30,205 nt of DNA. Source: a virus. Its lineage: Duplodnaviria > Caudoviricetes. The stretch's first letter is position 1; every line of letters begins with the position of its first letter. This document shows positions 17,039-25,816 of the stretch, one piece after another. A program made the translations under genes and the position numbers. The stretch covers positions 1 to 30,205 of IMG/VR virus record IMGVR_UViG_3300046710_000085; one strand, written 5' to 3'. Below the pieces are notes generated by a model that was not told the DNA's origin, did no database searches, and saw only the letters and a program-made list of their open reading frames with translations.

Positions 17039-17345
17039 ATCAAATATCCAGAAGCCCTGGGTTGAACTAGGGCAGATCACAAAGAGCGTCGGAGGTTGGA
17101 TCATCAAAGACCTCCTCGTTCGATGGAACGAAACACAAGTGACCAAGGACGGGCAGACCGACATGGGCGCGGGCGAGCAGACAGAATTTGTGTACGATGC
17201 GTATCGGTTCGATTACCCATTGCCCGCAGAAGTACAACCCGGGCAAGAGGCAGTAGAATACTATCTGGAGCAGGCAAAAACTGCTATCATCCAGACCGCT
17301 CAGGACTTGGTCGCGCAGGAGGCGGGTTTTCTTGACACTAACTGA
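17028..17345 (+). CDS. Hypothetical protein, possibly fibre-associated/assembly protein
   Basis: SD GAGGT; overlaps the RT stop; LLVRWNETQV...EFVYD. Confidence 0.65.
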   Translation: MQDRSNIQKPWVELGQITKSVGGWIIKDLLVRWNETQVTKDGQTDMGAGEQTEFVYDAYRFDYPLPAEVQPGQEAVEYYLEQAKTAIIQTAQDLVAQEAGFLDTN

Positions 17346-17556
17346 TGCACAAAAGATAAGAATAGACAACATCGCGTGTGGAAAAAGCATCGATAGCAGA
17401 ATCGCCACCGAAGATCAGATAGCTGCTCTGCGTGAACAGGTCATCCTCCTCTCCACGGCAACGAAAACCAAGTTGGGTGAAAAGATGACGCAACTGGAAA
17501 CGGTGGTTGCAGAAGAAAAATCAAAGAAGGAGAAGAAAGTGAAAACCAAAAAATAA
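17332..17556 (+). CDS. Small coiled-coil hypothetical protein
   Basis: TTG start with SD GGAGG; followed by an oligo-T tract. Confidence 0.6.
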   Translation: MTLTDAQKIRIDNIACGKSIDSRIATEDQIAALREQVILLSTATKTKLGEKMTQLETVVAEEKSKKEKKVKTKK

Positions 17557-17675
17557 TTTTTTGGTCGGGCTCTGCTGCTCAATCAGTTTGGCTTTCCTAC
17601 CTTCGATTGCATCAGAGTCCGGCCCTCCTTCATCTTTTGTAAATAATAATCAGAACAATATGAGGTGAGAAAGAA

Positions 17676-18218
17676 ATGATAAAGACAATTATATTCCTAC
17701 TGCTGCTGATTCCTATCGGCTCGGCGCTATCTGAAAATCTTCGAGTGTCCGGTCAGATAGATGCCTGGCATGATGGGGCAATAAGCGACCGAGCATCGGG
17801 CACCGGCACAATGGAATATGCTGCAGAAGGCTATCTGGGTGGCTTCAGTTCAGGCTTCAATCTGTCTAATGGCCAGGGAAGCTATTCTTTCAAGGCCGAT
17901 GACTATTCCCTCCAGATTTCGGACTTTTCCGGATCTGCTATAGGAGAGTCGGATTCTGCAAGCACCACGGCTGATGTCAATGGAACTGGAACGCTCAAAA
18001 CCAAATCTTACGATAATTCTCGGCGAGGGGTGCTCATGCTTGGTATGCAATCAGGCGAGATCAATGCCAGGGGCATTATTCTTGGATTCCACGCCAGCAC
18101 TGGAAGAGCTATCGACAACGCAAGCCCGGATCTGATGGATACCAATGCGACAGAAGGCGAGCCTGTAGGTAATGTGACTGCCTTCCAGATCAATTCTAGC
18201 ATGGAGTTTTCAATATGA
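17676..18218 (+). CDS. Secreted beta-rich protein with signal peptide
   Basis: SD GAGGTGA; MIKTIIFLLLLIPIGSA; six N-X-S/T sequons. Confidence 0.75.
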   Translation: MIKTIIFLLLLIPIGSALSENLRVSGQIDAWHDGAISDRASGTGTMEYAAEGYLGGFSSGFNLSNGQGSYSFKADDYSLQISDFSGSAIGESDSASTTADVNGTGTLKTKSYDNSRRGVLMLGMQSGEINARGIILGFHASTGRAIDNASPDLMDTNATEGEPVGNVTAFQINSSMEFSI

Positions 18219-18355
18219 CTTGGCACGATGGTCCTAGATTAGAGAATCCGTTGCATACGGGTGAAATGCCGTGGGATAATGCATTCGATGTTACTGCATA
18301 TCCTCATAATTGTGCATGGAGAAAGGTAATAGGACATATTCCGTGGAGGATTTGA
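18215..18355 (+). CDS. Micro-ORF, 46 aa, W/P/H-rich
   Basis: ATGA overlap upstream and TGATG overlap downstream; SD GGAG. Confidence 0.5.
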   Translation: MTWHDGPRLENPLHTGEMPWDNAFDVTAYPHNCAWRKVIGHIPWRI

Positions 18356-18657
18356 TGAGATTCAAGAAGGCCCCGAGAGCAGAAGAAAGCGATTGTATGC
18401 CCGGGAAGGGCATATCGGATGAGGAGTTCGCCAGCTTTTGTAAGACCCCGGAATATCTGAAGCGAGGCGTGACTGGACGCATAACTACAGTAGATGGTCA
18501 GGAGCTCTACATCGATGGTGCTGGCCTGTCGCCTGATAACCCAGGCAGGACCCGAGCAGAGTTTAAGGCTCGTTTTGGCTATGATCCCAAGCCCGTCTGG
18601 GAGAGGATACACAGACAGAAAATCATTGTTATTGGAGGTTATCATGGCAGAACTTGA
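18355..18657 (+). CDS. Hypothetical protein (100 aa)
   Basis: ATG 18355 with SD GGAGG. Confidence 0.65.
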   Translation: MRFKKAPRAEESDCMPGKGISDEEFASFCKTPEYLKRGVTGRITTVDGQELYIDGAGLSPDNPGRTRAEFKARFGYDPKPVWERIHRQKIIVIGGYHGRT

Positions 18658-19195
18658 AAAGGATTGCCTGGGACGATATTACCCCAAGGCAACGGTTCTA
18701 ATGGCTAAGGAACCGTACTATTCGACATATTGGACATACCAGCAATTCCTGGATTTTGTCGCAAAACACAAAAATGATTATGGGTATCATGGTCACCAAG
18801 CCCAGATCTACGAACCCTGGGAGGGTAACTGCATCGGCGTAATCGGCATCATGTTCCATCCAAACGTCTTTAAGGAAAACTGGCCACCGGAGTTTGTGGT
18901 CTCGTTCAACACCACGGCGTGGGCCATGAAGAACCTAGATTGGGTTAGGCCCCTACAAACGGAGTGGACAAGCGATCTCAATACCGCTTATGCCATGATG
19001 GTGGCGATGGCTTATCCGAATCTGGAACTGTGGGAAGCATTCTTAAAATGCGATGGGGCAGATGAATGCCAGAGGGTCGCTATCAGGAAGTACCAGGGCA
19101 TGGTCCATCGTCCAACTGAAAGAGATAAGATGATTCCCCCTGTTAGATTTACGGAAGCTGAAAAGGCGCAGTTTGTGAAGAACTTGGGTGGATAG
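18644..19195 (+). CDS. Hypothetical aromatic-rich protein (183 aa)
   Basis: ATG 18644 with SD GGAGGT; ends before a T8 tract. Confidence 0.7.
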   Translation: MAELEKDCLGRYYPKATVLMAKEPYYSTYWTYQQFLDFVAKHKNDYGYHGHQAQIYEPWEGNCIGVIGIMFHPNVFKENWPPEFVVSFNTTAWAMKNLDWVRPLQTEWTSDLNTAYAMMVAMAYPNLELWEAFLKCDGADECQRVAIRKYQGMVHRPTERDKMIPPVRFTEAEKAQFVKNLGG

Positions 19196-19231
19196 GGCTT
19201 ACCCCCATCCAATTTTTTTTCAGAGGTTCTT

Positions 19232-19369
19232 ATGTCCTTGGAAGATATCTCAGGCGAGGATGTTCTATCTATCATCCGTCTCCTGGGCGAGAAACCGGCA
19301 GACATTGTAAGACGCAAAATCCTGATCGATGAAAATAATATTAGCAAATTTGTAATCCGAGACGAATAA
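19232..19369 (+). CDS. Micro-ORF, 45 aa (MSLEDISGEDVLSIIRLLGEKPAD...)
   Basis: SD GAGGT; fills the gap. Confidence 0.5.
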   Translation: MSLEDISGEDVLSIIRLLGEKPADIVRRKILIDENNISKFVIRDE

Positions 19370-19401
19370 TAATCAGCAAATCGCTGAATTATGGAGCGCA
19401 A

Positions 19402-19692
19402 ATGATCGCTAGATGGTTATTCGGTGAATTATTCACCAAGATCGAGCTAATGTGTAGCGATCTAAAAAAGTTGCATCAAGAGGTAATAAAAATGTCTATC
19501 GAACTCGAAAATCTGAAGGCGCAAGTTACTGCGTCTATTGACGTACAGAAGTCGGCCATCATCTTGATCGGGGGCCTGGCTGCCAAAATCGTCGAGCTGA
19601 AGGATGATCCCGTGGCACTCCAGACACTGGCCGATAGCTTGGTGACCCAGAAGGGCGAGCTGGCCGCAGCTATCGAAGCTAATACTGTGTGA
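19402..19692 (+). CDS. Coiled-coil hypothetical protein (alternative start 19492)
   Basis: Helical heptads; second in-frame ATG at 19492 has SD GAGGT. Confidence 0.65.
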   Translation: MIARWLFGELFTKIELMCSDLKKLHQEVIKMSIELENLKAQVTASIDVQKSAIILIGGLAAKIVELKDDPVALQTLADSLVTQKGELAAAIEANTV

Positions 19693-19751
19693 AGTGTCTT
19701 GGGGGTCAAATTTCCCATAATATTATTATTTTTTTGATAATAGGTGTTAAA

Positions 19752-20054
19752 ATGAAAAAGACGCTTTCAATTCTCGTAATTGCATTAGCTGCAATTGGTA
19801 TTGTATCGGCTCAAGACCTGATTAAGGGCACTCAAAATGGTGGGCCAGCCCAGCTCTCCGGCCTATCGCCTGACATCTTCGATGGAAATTTCTTTCAGTC
19901 AGATGGATGGACCTTTGACACAACTTCCTATAGCCTGACCCCGAGCATGACGGCTTTCCTGAAAGACGATGCAAAAGATGGGGCGCCATTCTTCGTCAAC
20001 AAGACTGCTTACCTGGGGCAACCTGCCAGCAAGAACGATCCCCGGGTGATGTGA
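19752..20054 (+). CDS. Small secreted protein with signal peptide
   Basis: ATG 19752 with SD AGGTG; MKKTLSILVIALAAIGIVSA. Confidence 0.7.
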   Translation: MKKTLSILVIALAAIGIVSAQDLIKGTQNGGPAQLSGLSPDIFDGNFFQSDGWTFDTTSYSLTPSMTAFLKDDAKDGAPFFVNKTAYLGQPASKNDPRVM

Positions 20055-20866
20055 TGGCAGAACATTCTTTTGGCTGGCTCAAACAAGAACCTGATTCAAG
20101 GGACTATAGCATCGATCATGAAGCAGTGCGGGCCATGTTCGCAGGCCTGCCTAAAGTATTGCCTCCCTCTGCAGATCTCCGGCCTTATAGCATTCCTGTC
20201 ATGGACCAGGGCAACCTGGGCTCCTGTACAGCCAACGCCCTGGATGCGATGGTCGGATACTTCTATGAGAAGGCAGGAACAGCGAAGGACTTCCGGGGTG
20301 CCAGGCTCTTCAATTACTTCTATGCCCGGAAGCTGGAGGGAACTGTAAGCTACGATTCAGGAGCCACTATCAGGGATATCGTGAAGACCTTTGCCAAGAA
20401 CGGCATGGCGAAAGAAACTCTATGGCCGTACCTGATAAACAAGTATCGGACAACGCCTTCTGCAAAAGTCATCACAGATGCATCCAAGCGCAAGGCCTCC
20501 GCCTATGTGCTCATCGATCTGCCTGGAATGACTCCGGCACAGGTGATAACGGCCACCAAGACCCAACTGGCGGCAGGAAACGCTCTTGAGTTTGGTACCA
20601 ACTGTTATCAATCCATCATGAACGTGGGTACAAGTGGCCTTATCCCGGCCCCGAAGAAGGGCGAGACGCCCGCTGGAGGACATGCTTTGTGTCTGATGGG
20701 TTATGATGACAGCAAGAAGGCTTTCCTGATTCAGAACTCTTGGGGCCTATCCTGGGGCATGAAGGGCTTTGGATGGCTACCGTATTCGTATTTTCAGACA
20801 GGATACCAGGGACAACCGGACGCCTGCGATGTTTGGACCGTAACTAAAGCTTCGTGGAGTGTATGA
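20054..20866 (+). CDS. Papain-like cysteine peptidase (family C1), candidate lysis enzyme
   Basis: DQGNLGSCTANA (oxyanion Q, catalytic C), GGHALCLMGY (H), IQNSWGLSWGMKGFGWLPY (N). Confidence 0.93.
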   Translation: MAEHSFGWLKQEPDSRDYSIDHEAVRAMFAGLPKVLPPSADLRPYSIPVMDQGNLGSCTANALDAMVGYFYEKAGTAKDFRGARLFNYFYARKLEGTVSYDSGATIRDIVKTFAKNGMAKETLWPYLINKYRTTPSAKVITDASKRKASAYVLIDLPGMTPAQVITATKTQLAAGNALEFGTNCYQSIMNVGTSGLIPAPKKGETPAGGHALCLMGYDDSKKAFLIQNSWGLSWGMKGFGWLPYSYFQTGYQGQPDACDVWTVTKASWSV

Positions 20867-21174
20867 AAATGCAATTCGATTCAGTAACTATCAGTCTCCT
20901 TCTCGGAGCTGTGATCACCGTTATTGGTGTGGTATTTGGGATTAAAGGAATACAAATTAAGAACGACGCAAAGGTATTCGCTGCCGATTGCGCTGCTGCC
21001 TTCCAGCTATGGGCGGATCAGGACACGACCCCAACACCTGCACAATTGGATGCTATGAACGTGGCCGTGGAAAAGGTTATTGCGGATGCACTAGTGCTTG
21101 GCGCAGACTTTGGCGGACTGTTCACTCCTGTCCAGGTAGCAATCCAGAGAAAGATGGCACTCCGAAGAGGATAG
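20863..21174 (+). CDS. Membrane protein, holin-like
   Basis: N-terminal TM segment VTISLLLGAVITVIGVVFGI; coupled to the peptidase; basic C-terminus. Confidence 0.6.
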   Translation: MKMQFDSVTISLLLGAVITVIGVVFGIKGIQIKNDAKVFAADCAAAFQLWADQDTTPTPAQLDAMNVAVEKVIADALVLGADFGGLFTPVQVAIQRKMALRRG

Positions 21175-21177
21175 GGC

Positions 21178-21411
21178 ATGTTTGACAATTGCTCCATTCC
21201 TCTTTTAAGCAGCGAACGGGGCATGATCCTGGTAATAGCTCTGGTTTGCTATACCATTTTGGCACTAGAAAAGGCGCCCGAGATGGTACTAACTACAGTA
21301 GGCGCTCTCTTGCTCCTTGGGTTTGGATTCTATTTCAAGGACAAGGCAGCAGAGGCAGTGCAGTTTGAAGCTGCAAAAACTGAAGTGGCCAAGATCGAAG
21401 CAGCGAAATGA
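21178..21411 (+). CDS. Two-TM membrane protein, holin-like
   Basis: Two hydrophobic segments ending GFYFKDK, then a charged tail. Confidence 0.65.
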   Translation: MFDNCSIPLLSSERGMILVIALVCYTILALEKAPEMVLTTVGALLLLGFGFYFKDKAAEAVQFEAAKTEVAKIEAAK

Positions 21412-21417
21412 GGTTAC

Positions 21418-21510
21418 ATGCTGCCAATCTATTATTTTCTTTTTGCCCATGACAAATGGGAAGCGGAAGAGAAAAGGGAGAAAGAAGAATGTCAGGAGAA
21501 AGCTGGTTAG
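21418..21510 (+). CDS. Micro-ORF, 30 aa (MLPIYYFLFAHDKWEAEEKREKEECQEKAG)
   Basis: SD GAGGT at good spacing; co-oriented. Confidence 0.4.
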   Translation: MLPIYYFLFAHDKWEAEEKREKEECQEKAG

Positions 21511-21572
21511 CAATTCTGGCACTTCTTTTTTTGATATGGCGGTTAAATTATAATTTAGGATAATGAGGTTTT

Positions 21573-22121
21573 ATGATCGGTGATGGTCAATTGCATAAAC
21601 CAGATTGCATTTCTATAAGCATCCAAGAGCTAGTAGACGGCAAAGTTCGTGACCTAAAAGATATCATAACCGCCCAGTTTAAAAGCGTCGAAGATAAAAT
21701 TTTCTATCAAGCGAAGTCTGCTCAGATTGCCCTGGATAAAGCGTTTGAAGCCACGCAACTTGCGATTACAAAAGTTGAGATCTCAACCAAATCGGGATTT
21801 GAAAATACTAACGAATGGCGGGCTACGCTGAAAGACCAGATTAGTACGTTTGCTACTCGTTCCGAGATTGAAACCTTGAAAGAAACCGTCAATGGTAAGA
21901 TGAGCAAGTCTGAATATGACAATAGGCATGCGTCACTTGAAACTAAGATTGACAGTGTCGGAAACAAACTTGAGAACTATTATCTGAAACCTGAAGTTGA
22001 TATGGCCCTGAAATCGTTGGGGGAAGAGACCCGTAAGGTATCTGATCGGCAGTGGTTGTTGGCTTTGGGGATAATTACAGCCCTGTTAGGTATAACATTC
22101 GACTTCATAACGAGGAGATAA
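21573..22121 (+). CDS. Coiled-coil protein with C-terminal membrane anchor
   Basis: SD GAGGT; long heptad region; WLLALGIITALLGITF at the C-terminus. Confidence 0.75.
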   Translation: MIGDGQLHKPDCISISIQELVDGKVRDLKDIITAQFKSVEDKIFYQAKSAQIALDKAFEATQLAITKVEISTKSGFENTNEWRATLKDQISTFATRSEIETLKETVNGKMSKSEYDNRHASLETKIDSVGNKLENYYLKPEVDMALKSLGEETRKVSDRQWLLALGIITALLGITFDFITRR

Positions 22122-22165
22122 TCATCAGCTACAAGCCCAGGTGCTTTAGCCCTGGGCGAGGATAC

Positions 22166-22306
22166 ATGAGATTCACAGACATCGATTGGAGAGACGCTCT
22201 GAACGGGTCAACATGGACAGTGGCCGAATATCAGTATGTCAAATCGGTATGTGATGAGAAGATAGCGCAGAGCGAGGCCCGAAAATGGCAATCGTTGATG
22301 ATCTGA
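22166..22306 (+). CDS. Small hypothetical protein (46 aa)
   Basis: ATG 22166 with SD GAGGA. Confidence 0.5.
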   Translation: MRFTDIDWRDALNGSTWTVAEYQYVKSVCDEKIAQSEARKWQSLMI

Positions 22307-22449
22307 TCAAAATCCAGCGCCTCTATGGATGCTGCCCGGATGCCAGGCCCTGGTTCCTGGAAGTCAATTTCGAATATGAGAGACTTGCCAGGGAAAACGA
22401 GCAAGTGGAGATCGGACTTTGCTACAATCACTGGATAAACGGCACATAG
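22285..22449 (+). CDS. Small hypothetical protein (54 aa, MAIVDDLIKIQRLYGCCPDARPWFLEV...)
   Basis: SD GAGG; below the ORF-track cut-off. Confidence 0.5.
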   Translation: MAIVDDLIKIQRLYGCCPDARPWFLEVNFEYERLARENEQVEIGLCYNHWINGT

Positions 22450-22550
22450 ATCTCAGAGATCACATAGATCTGGTCTATGCTCTCTGGCGCCAAGATTCCG
22501 AGATGGACATCATGGCAGGCTTTGATTGGCAGCCTCTGGCAGGAATATAA
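22419..22550 (+). CDS. Possible micro-ORF (43 aa, TTG start, ...HIDLRDHIDLVYALWRQD...)
   Basis: Fills the gap up to the next ATG; GGAG upstream. Confidence 0.35.
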   Translation: MLQSLDKRHIDLRDHIDLVYALWRQDSEMDIMAGFDWQPLAGI

Positions 22551-22551
22551 C

Positions 22552-22686
22552 ATGGTTAGACTAAAAATTTTTGACCTGATCGATGCAGAAGGCTGGACGC
22601 CGCCTGTGGGCCTCCGGATAGACGAATCCCAGGGCTTCCCGGACGTTATAGTCGAAACCTACGATGACCTGCCAGAGGCGATGTGA
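22552..22686 (+). CDS. Small hypothetical protein (44 aa)
   Basis: ATG 22552 directly after a TAA; ends 1 nt before the next gene. Confidence 0.5.
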   Translation: MVRLKIFDLIDAEGWTPPVGLRIDESQGFPDVIVETYDDLPEAM

Positions 22687-22687
22687 A

Positions 22688-23119
22688 ATGGCCGGAATCG
22701 ATATCAAGTTTCTCAATGCAGACAAGATCATTCAAGGCCTCAATGATAGGGTCAAGAACATCGAATCCACCTTGGAGAAGACTGCCAAGGGTATGGGAGT
22801 TCTTGCCTGCAATGAGATCCACCCACTGACTCACAAGAAGACTGGCAACTGGGATAGTACAATACATGCCGAGGTTTCGAAGTTAGGGCCAATGAAGTAC
22901 GAACTTTGGGTAGGTTCACGAGGGGCTTTCAATGGCAGCGGATACAATTATGGAGCCAGACAAGAAAAATTGAATCACCCCATCGAACGGGGATGGCAAA
23001 GTGCGCAGGGCGAGATGAAAGATCTCTTCCAGAGGAACATCACCGCAGGCCTGCAAGGAAAGAGCATCACCGGCTCAGTATCCGGACCGGATGAAATGAG
23101 CACGATGGCGGGGATCTAA
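22688..23119 (+). CDS. Neck/tail-completion protein (HK97 gp10-like)
   Basis: THKKTGNWDSTI, LWVGS and YNYGARQE resemble the P..TG.L..SI...VG....YA..E pattern. Confidence 0.7.
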   Translation: MAGIDIKFLNADKIIQGLNDRVKNIESTLEKTAKGMGVLACNEIHPLTHKKTGNWDSTIHAEVSKLGPMKYELWVGSRGAFNGSGYNYGARQEKLNHPIERGWQSAQGEMKDLFQRNITAGLQGKSITGSVSGPDEMSTMAGI

Positions 23120-23278
23120 GAATTTGGAGAAGGGCTGCTTATAACGCCCGGCCCCTCACGCGCGTTTGATCTCGGCTCGGATGGGGCTGTCTGTCATACA
23201 TCCGTTTCGGCAGCTCTCGCGTCCCCAACGCATTTGCGCACCGATTAACTAAAGATTGATTTCTGAGGATAAATATCT

Positions 23279-23728
23279 ATGGCCGATTTCTCTTTCCATC
23301 CCACCCTGATAGCGAAAGTCTTCGAGAATAACGACGCCCTGAACGTAGCTGTAGACGGCCAGATAATCCCCAACTTCCGGCGTGCAAATGCAGATTCGTA
23401 TTTGGCCGGGGCGCATCAGGCATGTATAGGTATCCGCACCGTCCAGGGTCTAACAGAAGCACTCCCAGGAAGCTACTTTCATGGGGGTACAATAGAGGAT
23501 CATCTTATAGAGATTTCTGTGATTCAGATCTCAGACAACGAAGTTGGAGCAGATGCAATAGTCGCCATGATCGTAGATCTCCTGAAGTCCGGCCTGCGGA
23601 TCAATTACGGTGGCACAGAATACGCCGCTATAGTCCTGGGCCTCAAGTTTGGCCTTCTGGATGATGATCAATTCACAGATCGGATACAGATAATCGGTAC
23701 TTGCAGGCTCAAGTATCTGGATAGCTAA
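23279..23728 (+). CDS. Tail terminator-like protein
   Basis: 149 aa directly before the tail tube; IEISVI...ADAIVAMIVDLL. Confidence 0.65.
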   Translation: MADFSFHPTLIAKVFENNDALNVAVDGQIIPNFRRANADSYLAGAHQACIGIRTVQGLTEALPGSYFHGGTIEDHLIEISVIQISDNEVGADAIVAMIVDLLKSGLRINYGGTEYAAIVLGLKFGLLDDDQFTDRIQIIGTCRLKYLDS

Positions 23729-23793
23729 TCTAGTTTCCTAATCACAGTTTTTTCCTATCTATTTGCAAATAGAATTGTAAGGAGTTTGTTCAA

Positions 23794-25134
23794 ATGACAA
23801 CACTTGGAGCAGTTAGCCCGACGACCCAAACACTCGGGCTTGATATCGAGTCTCCCTCGGGCGTATTGTCCTCAACACCGACCCAGTGGGTAGTTCTCGG
23901 CGCAGAATCACGACCTAAAAACTCTAAGCCAAGCGGCCAGAGGCAAGTCTTTGGTAATCCAGATCCTATCCTGACCTGGCGAAAGGGAGAGACTACAGAC
24001 ATGTCCTTACCAATGCTGCCCCTCATGGAGGACAACGGCCTGGGCGATCTGTTGCTTGCGCATTTCGGGTCAGACACGCCCGCGCGGGTGGGCACATCTG
24101 TCGGATATGTTCATGCGTTCATCAGGACAGCACCGATCAAGACTCTCACGATGTGGGTTCGTGACGGCCTGCACGACAAGACAATCAGAATGTGTGCTGT
24201 TGACACTCTGAGCATCACGGTGAAGAAAGACGACGGAGACGTCCAGATTGCCTGCGACCTGAAGGGCGCAGATATGATCGAGTCCTCCACCTTCGGCTCA
24301 CCGACATACGTCGATCTCGAATTGGCCGAAATTAAGGCTCTCAATGCCTTCCAAGCACGCCTTGAGTGGGGCCAGCCACAATCTGCCATCAGGGAAACCT
24401 GGACTCAGCTTAAGTTCCAGTCCAAGATGAACGTTGTTCTTGGGGCAAACAGCAAGGCCGGTCAGCATTTCGCCGGGTCTGGCTCGCCGCAGCTCGTCAC
24501 AACTCCGAAATGTGATACAACCCTGGATATCGACTTCATAGATACGGATGGAGAAGAGCTGCGCAGGTACCGATCTGGCACTATGTTTGCAGCCGTGGCC
24601 ACTCAACAGGCTGATAATGCAGGTCTCGTCGACTACAGATTCACCATCTTCGCTAACCAGGTGGATGTTGCCAACGCCAAATGGGGCGAGGCAGACATAG
24701 CCAATACTGGCGGGGTTACTATGACCCTATCTGGGACATACTCAGGCGGTGCCGTCGTGACTATGTACGAGATTAAGGTCACAACCGCTGCTTCACCAAA
24801 CAAGTATTCGTGGAGAAGTTGCATAGGTGGCGTTTGGTCTGCCTGGTCGACCGAGATCGCTATGCTCGTGACGGCAACCGCAATAGGCGCTGAGGGCATC
24901 ACTGTGATCTTCTCTAGCCTCACAGCAAACGCTCTTGGAGACAGGTTCTACGTCTACAGCCACCCGATGAGATACCTGCGGGTTGTCAGCATGACCAACC
25001 GCTACGAATCTTTGACGGACCAGGGCGGCAGGGACTTTGACGCGAAGACAGCATCGTGCTACCACACCTCCGGGCCGGCTGCAACCAAGCCACTATTGAG
25101 CATGTGCATCGCCAAAGCCTCAGCATATTCTTAG
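23794..25134 (+). CDS. Major tail tube protein with an extra inserted domain
   Basis: LGLDIESPSG, LGDLLLAHFG, YVHAF, TLTMWV and CAVDTLSITV are typical tail-tube strands; position before chaperones and tape measure. Confidence 0.8.
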   Translation: MTTLGAVSPTTQTLGLDIESPSGVLSSTPTQWVVLGAESRPKNSKPSGQRQVFGNPDPILTWRKGETTDMSLPMLPLMEDNGLGDLLLAHFGSDTPARVGTSVGYVHAFIRTAPIKTLTMWVRDGLHDKTIRMCAVDTLSITVKKDDGDVQIACDLKGADMIESSTFGSPTYVDLELAEIKALNAFQARLEWGQPQSAIRETWTQLKFQSKMNVVLGANSKAGQHFAGSGSPQLVTTPKCDTTLDIDFIDTDGEELRRYRSGTMFAAVATQQADNAGLVDYRFTIFANQVDVANAKWGEADIANTGGVTMTLSGTYSGGAVVTMYEIKVTTAASPNKYSWRSCIGGVWSAWSTEIAMLVTATAIGAEGITVIFSSLTANALGDRFYVYSHPMRYLRVVSMTNRYESLTDQGGRDFDAKTASCYHTSGPAATKPLLSMCIAKASAYS

Positions 25135-25178
25135 TTGCTCCAGAAGACTTTGAGTTTGGTGATGATTGGGAGGAAGAA

Positions 25179-25451
25179 ATGACATTCTTAGGAAGCGAAA
25201 GAATAACGCTCGTAAGCGAAAATGCAGTCGCGGCTACCATCCCGGTAAACACAAACCGACTGGTGATTTTTCCCGAGCCGGATATTGAAACTGAGATCCG
25301 GTTCGCGATAAATGCCGTTGCCAGTGCGGTTAGTCCTGGGAAGGTGCCATTGCTTGATCCTATCCTCCTGACCATCAGCAATCTTAATTCCCTATCTTTC
25401 TGGGGCACAACCGGCGATTTTGTGGGAGTACAGTATTTTAATCAGATTTAG
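25179..25451 (+). CDS. Small beta-rich putative virion protein
   Basis: ATG 25179 with SD GGAGG. Confidence 0.6.
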   Translation: MTFLGSERITLVSENAVAATIPVNTNRLVIFPEPDIETEIRFAINAVASAVSPGKVPLLDPILLTISNLNSLSFWGTTGDFVGVQYFNQI

Positions 25452-25466
25452 GAGGCCAACGTTAAC

Positions 25467-25676
25467 ATGTGGACGATTATGCGAAACTTTCAGTTGGGAA
25501 ACGAGAAGCATCCGACTAATTATCTGGTCGGGCAAGTCGTTTCTGATGATGAGTTTACAGAGGAAATACGGAATACCAAGTTAATCCCAAATGGCTGGAT
25601 CCAGCACGAGCCCGGGGCACCACAAGAGAAGGAGAAACAATATCTTTCAAAAGAACCGTACAAAGATCCTGAATAA
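25467..25676 (+). CDS. Small hypothetical protein
   Basis: SD GGAGG; co-oriented. Confidence 0.6.
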   Translation: MWTIMRNFQLGNEKHPTNYLVGQVVSDDEFTEEIRNTKLIPNGWIQHEPGAPQEKEKQYLSKEPYKDPE

Positions 25677-25816
25677 ACACAAATTTGGCCCGCGATGAAG
25701 TCCTACCCAGGACCAAGCGGGCTCCCTCATCTTTTCTGATTACACAATCCTGCTTTATCATAGTAGAAACTTATTGATAAAAATGTGTATATTTAAATCG
25801 AAGGGAGCAAACAGAC

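Noticed and set aside
22443-22476. Two in-frame TAG codons joining ORFs 22285 and 22477 (amber readthrough/pyrrolysine) and the 11-bp repeat CACATAGATCT
   Set aside because: A different frame (HIDLRDHIDL) explains the repeat as a small overlapping ORF; TAG acts as a normal stop elsewhere in the window.
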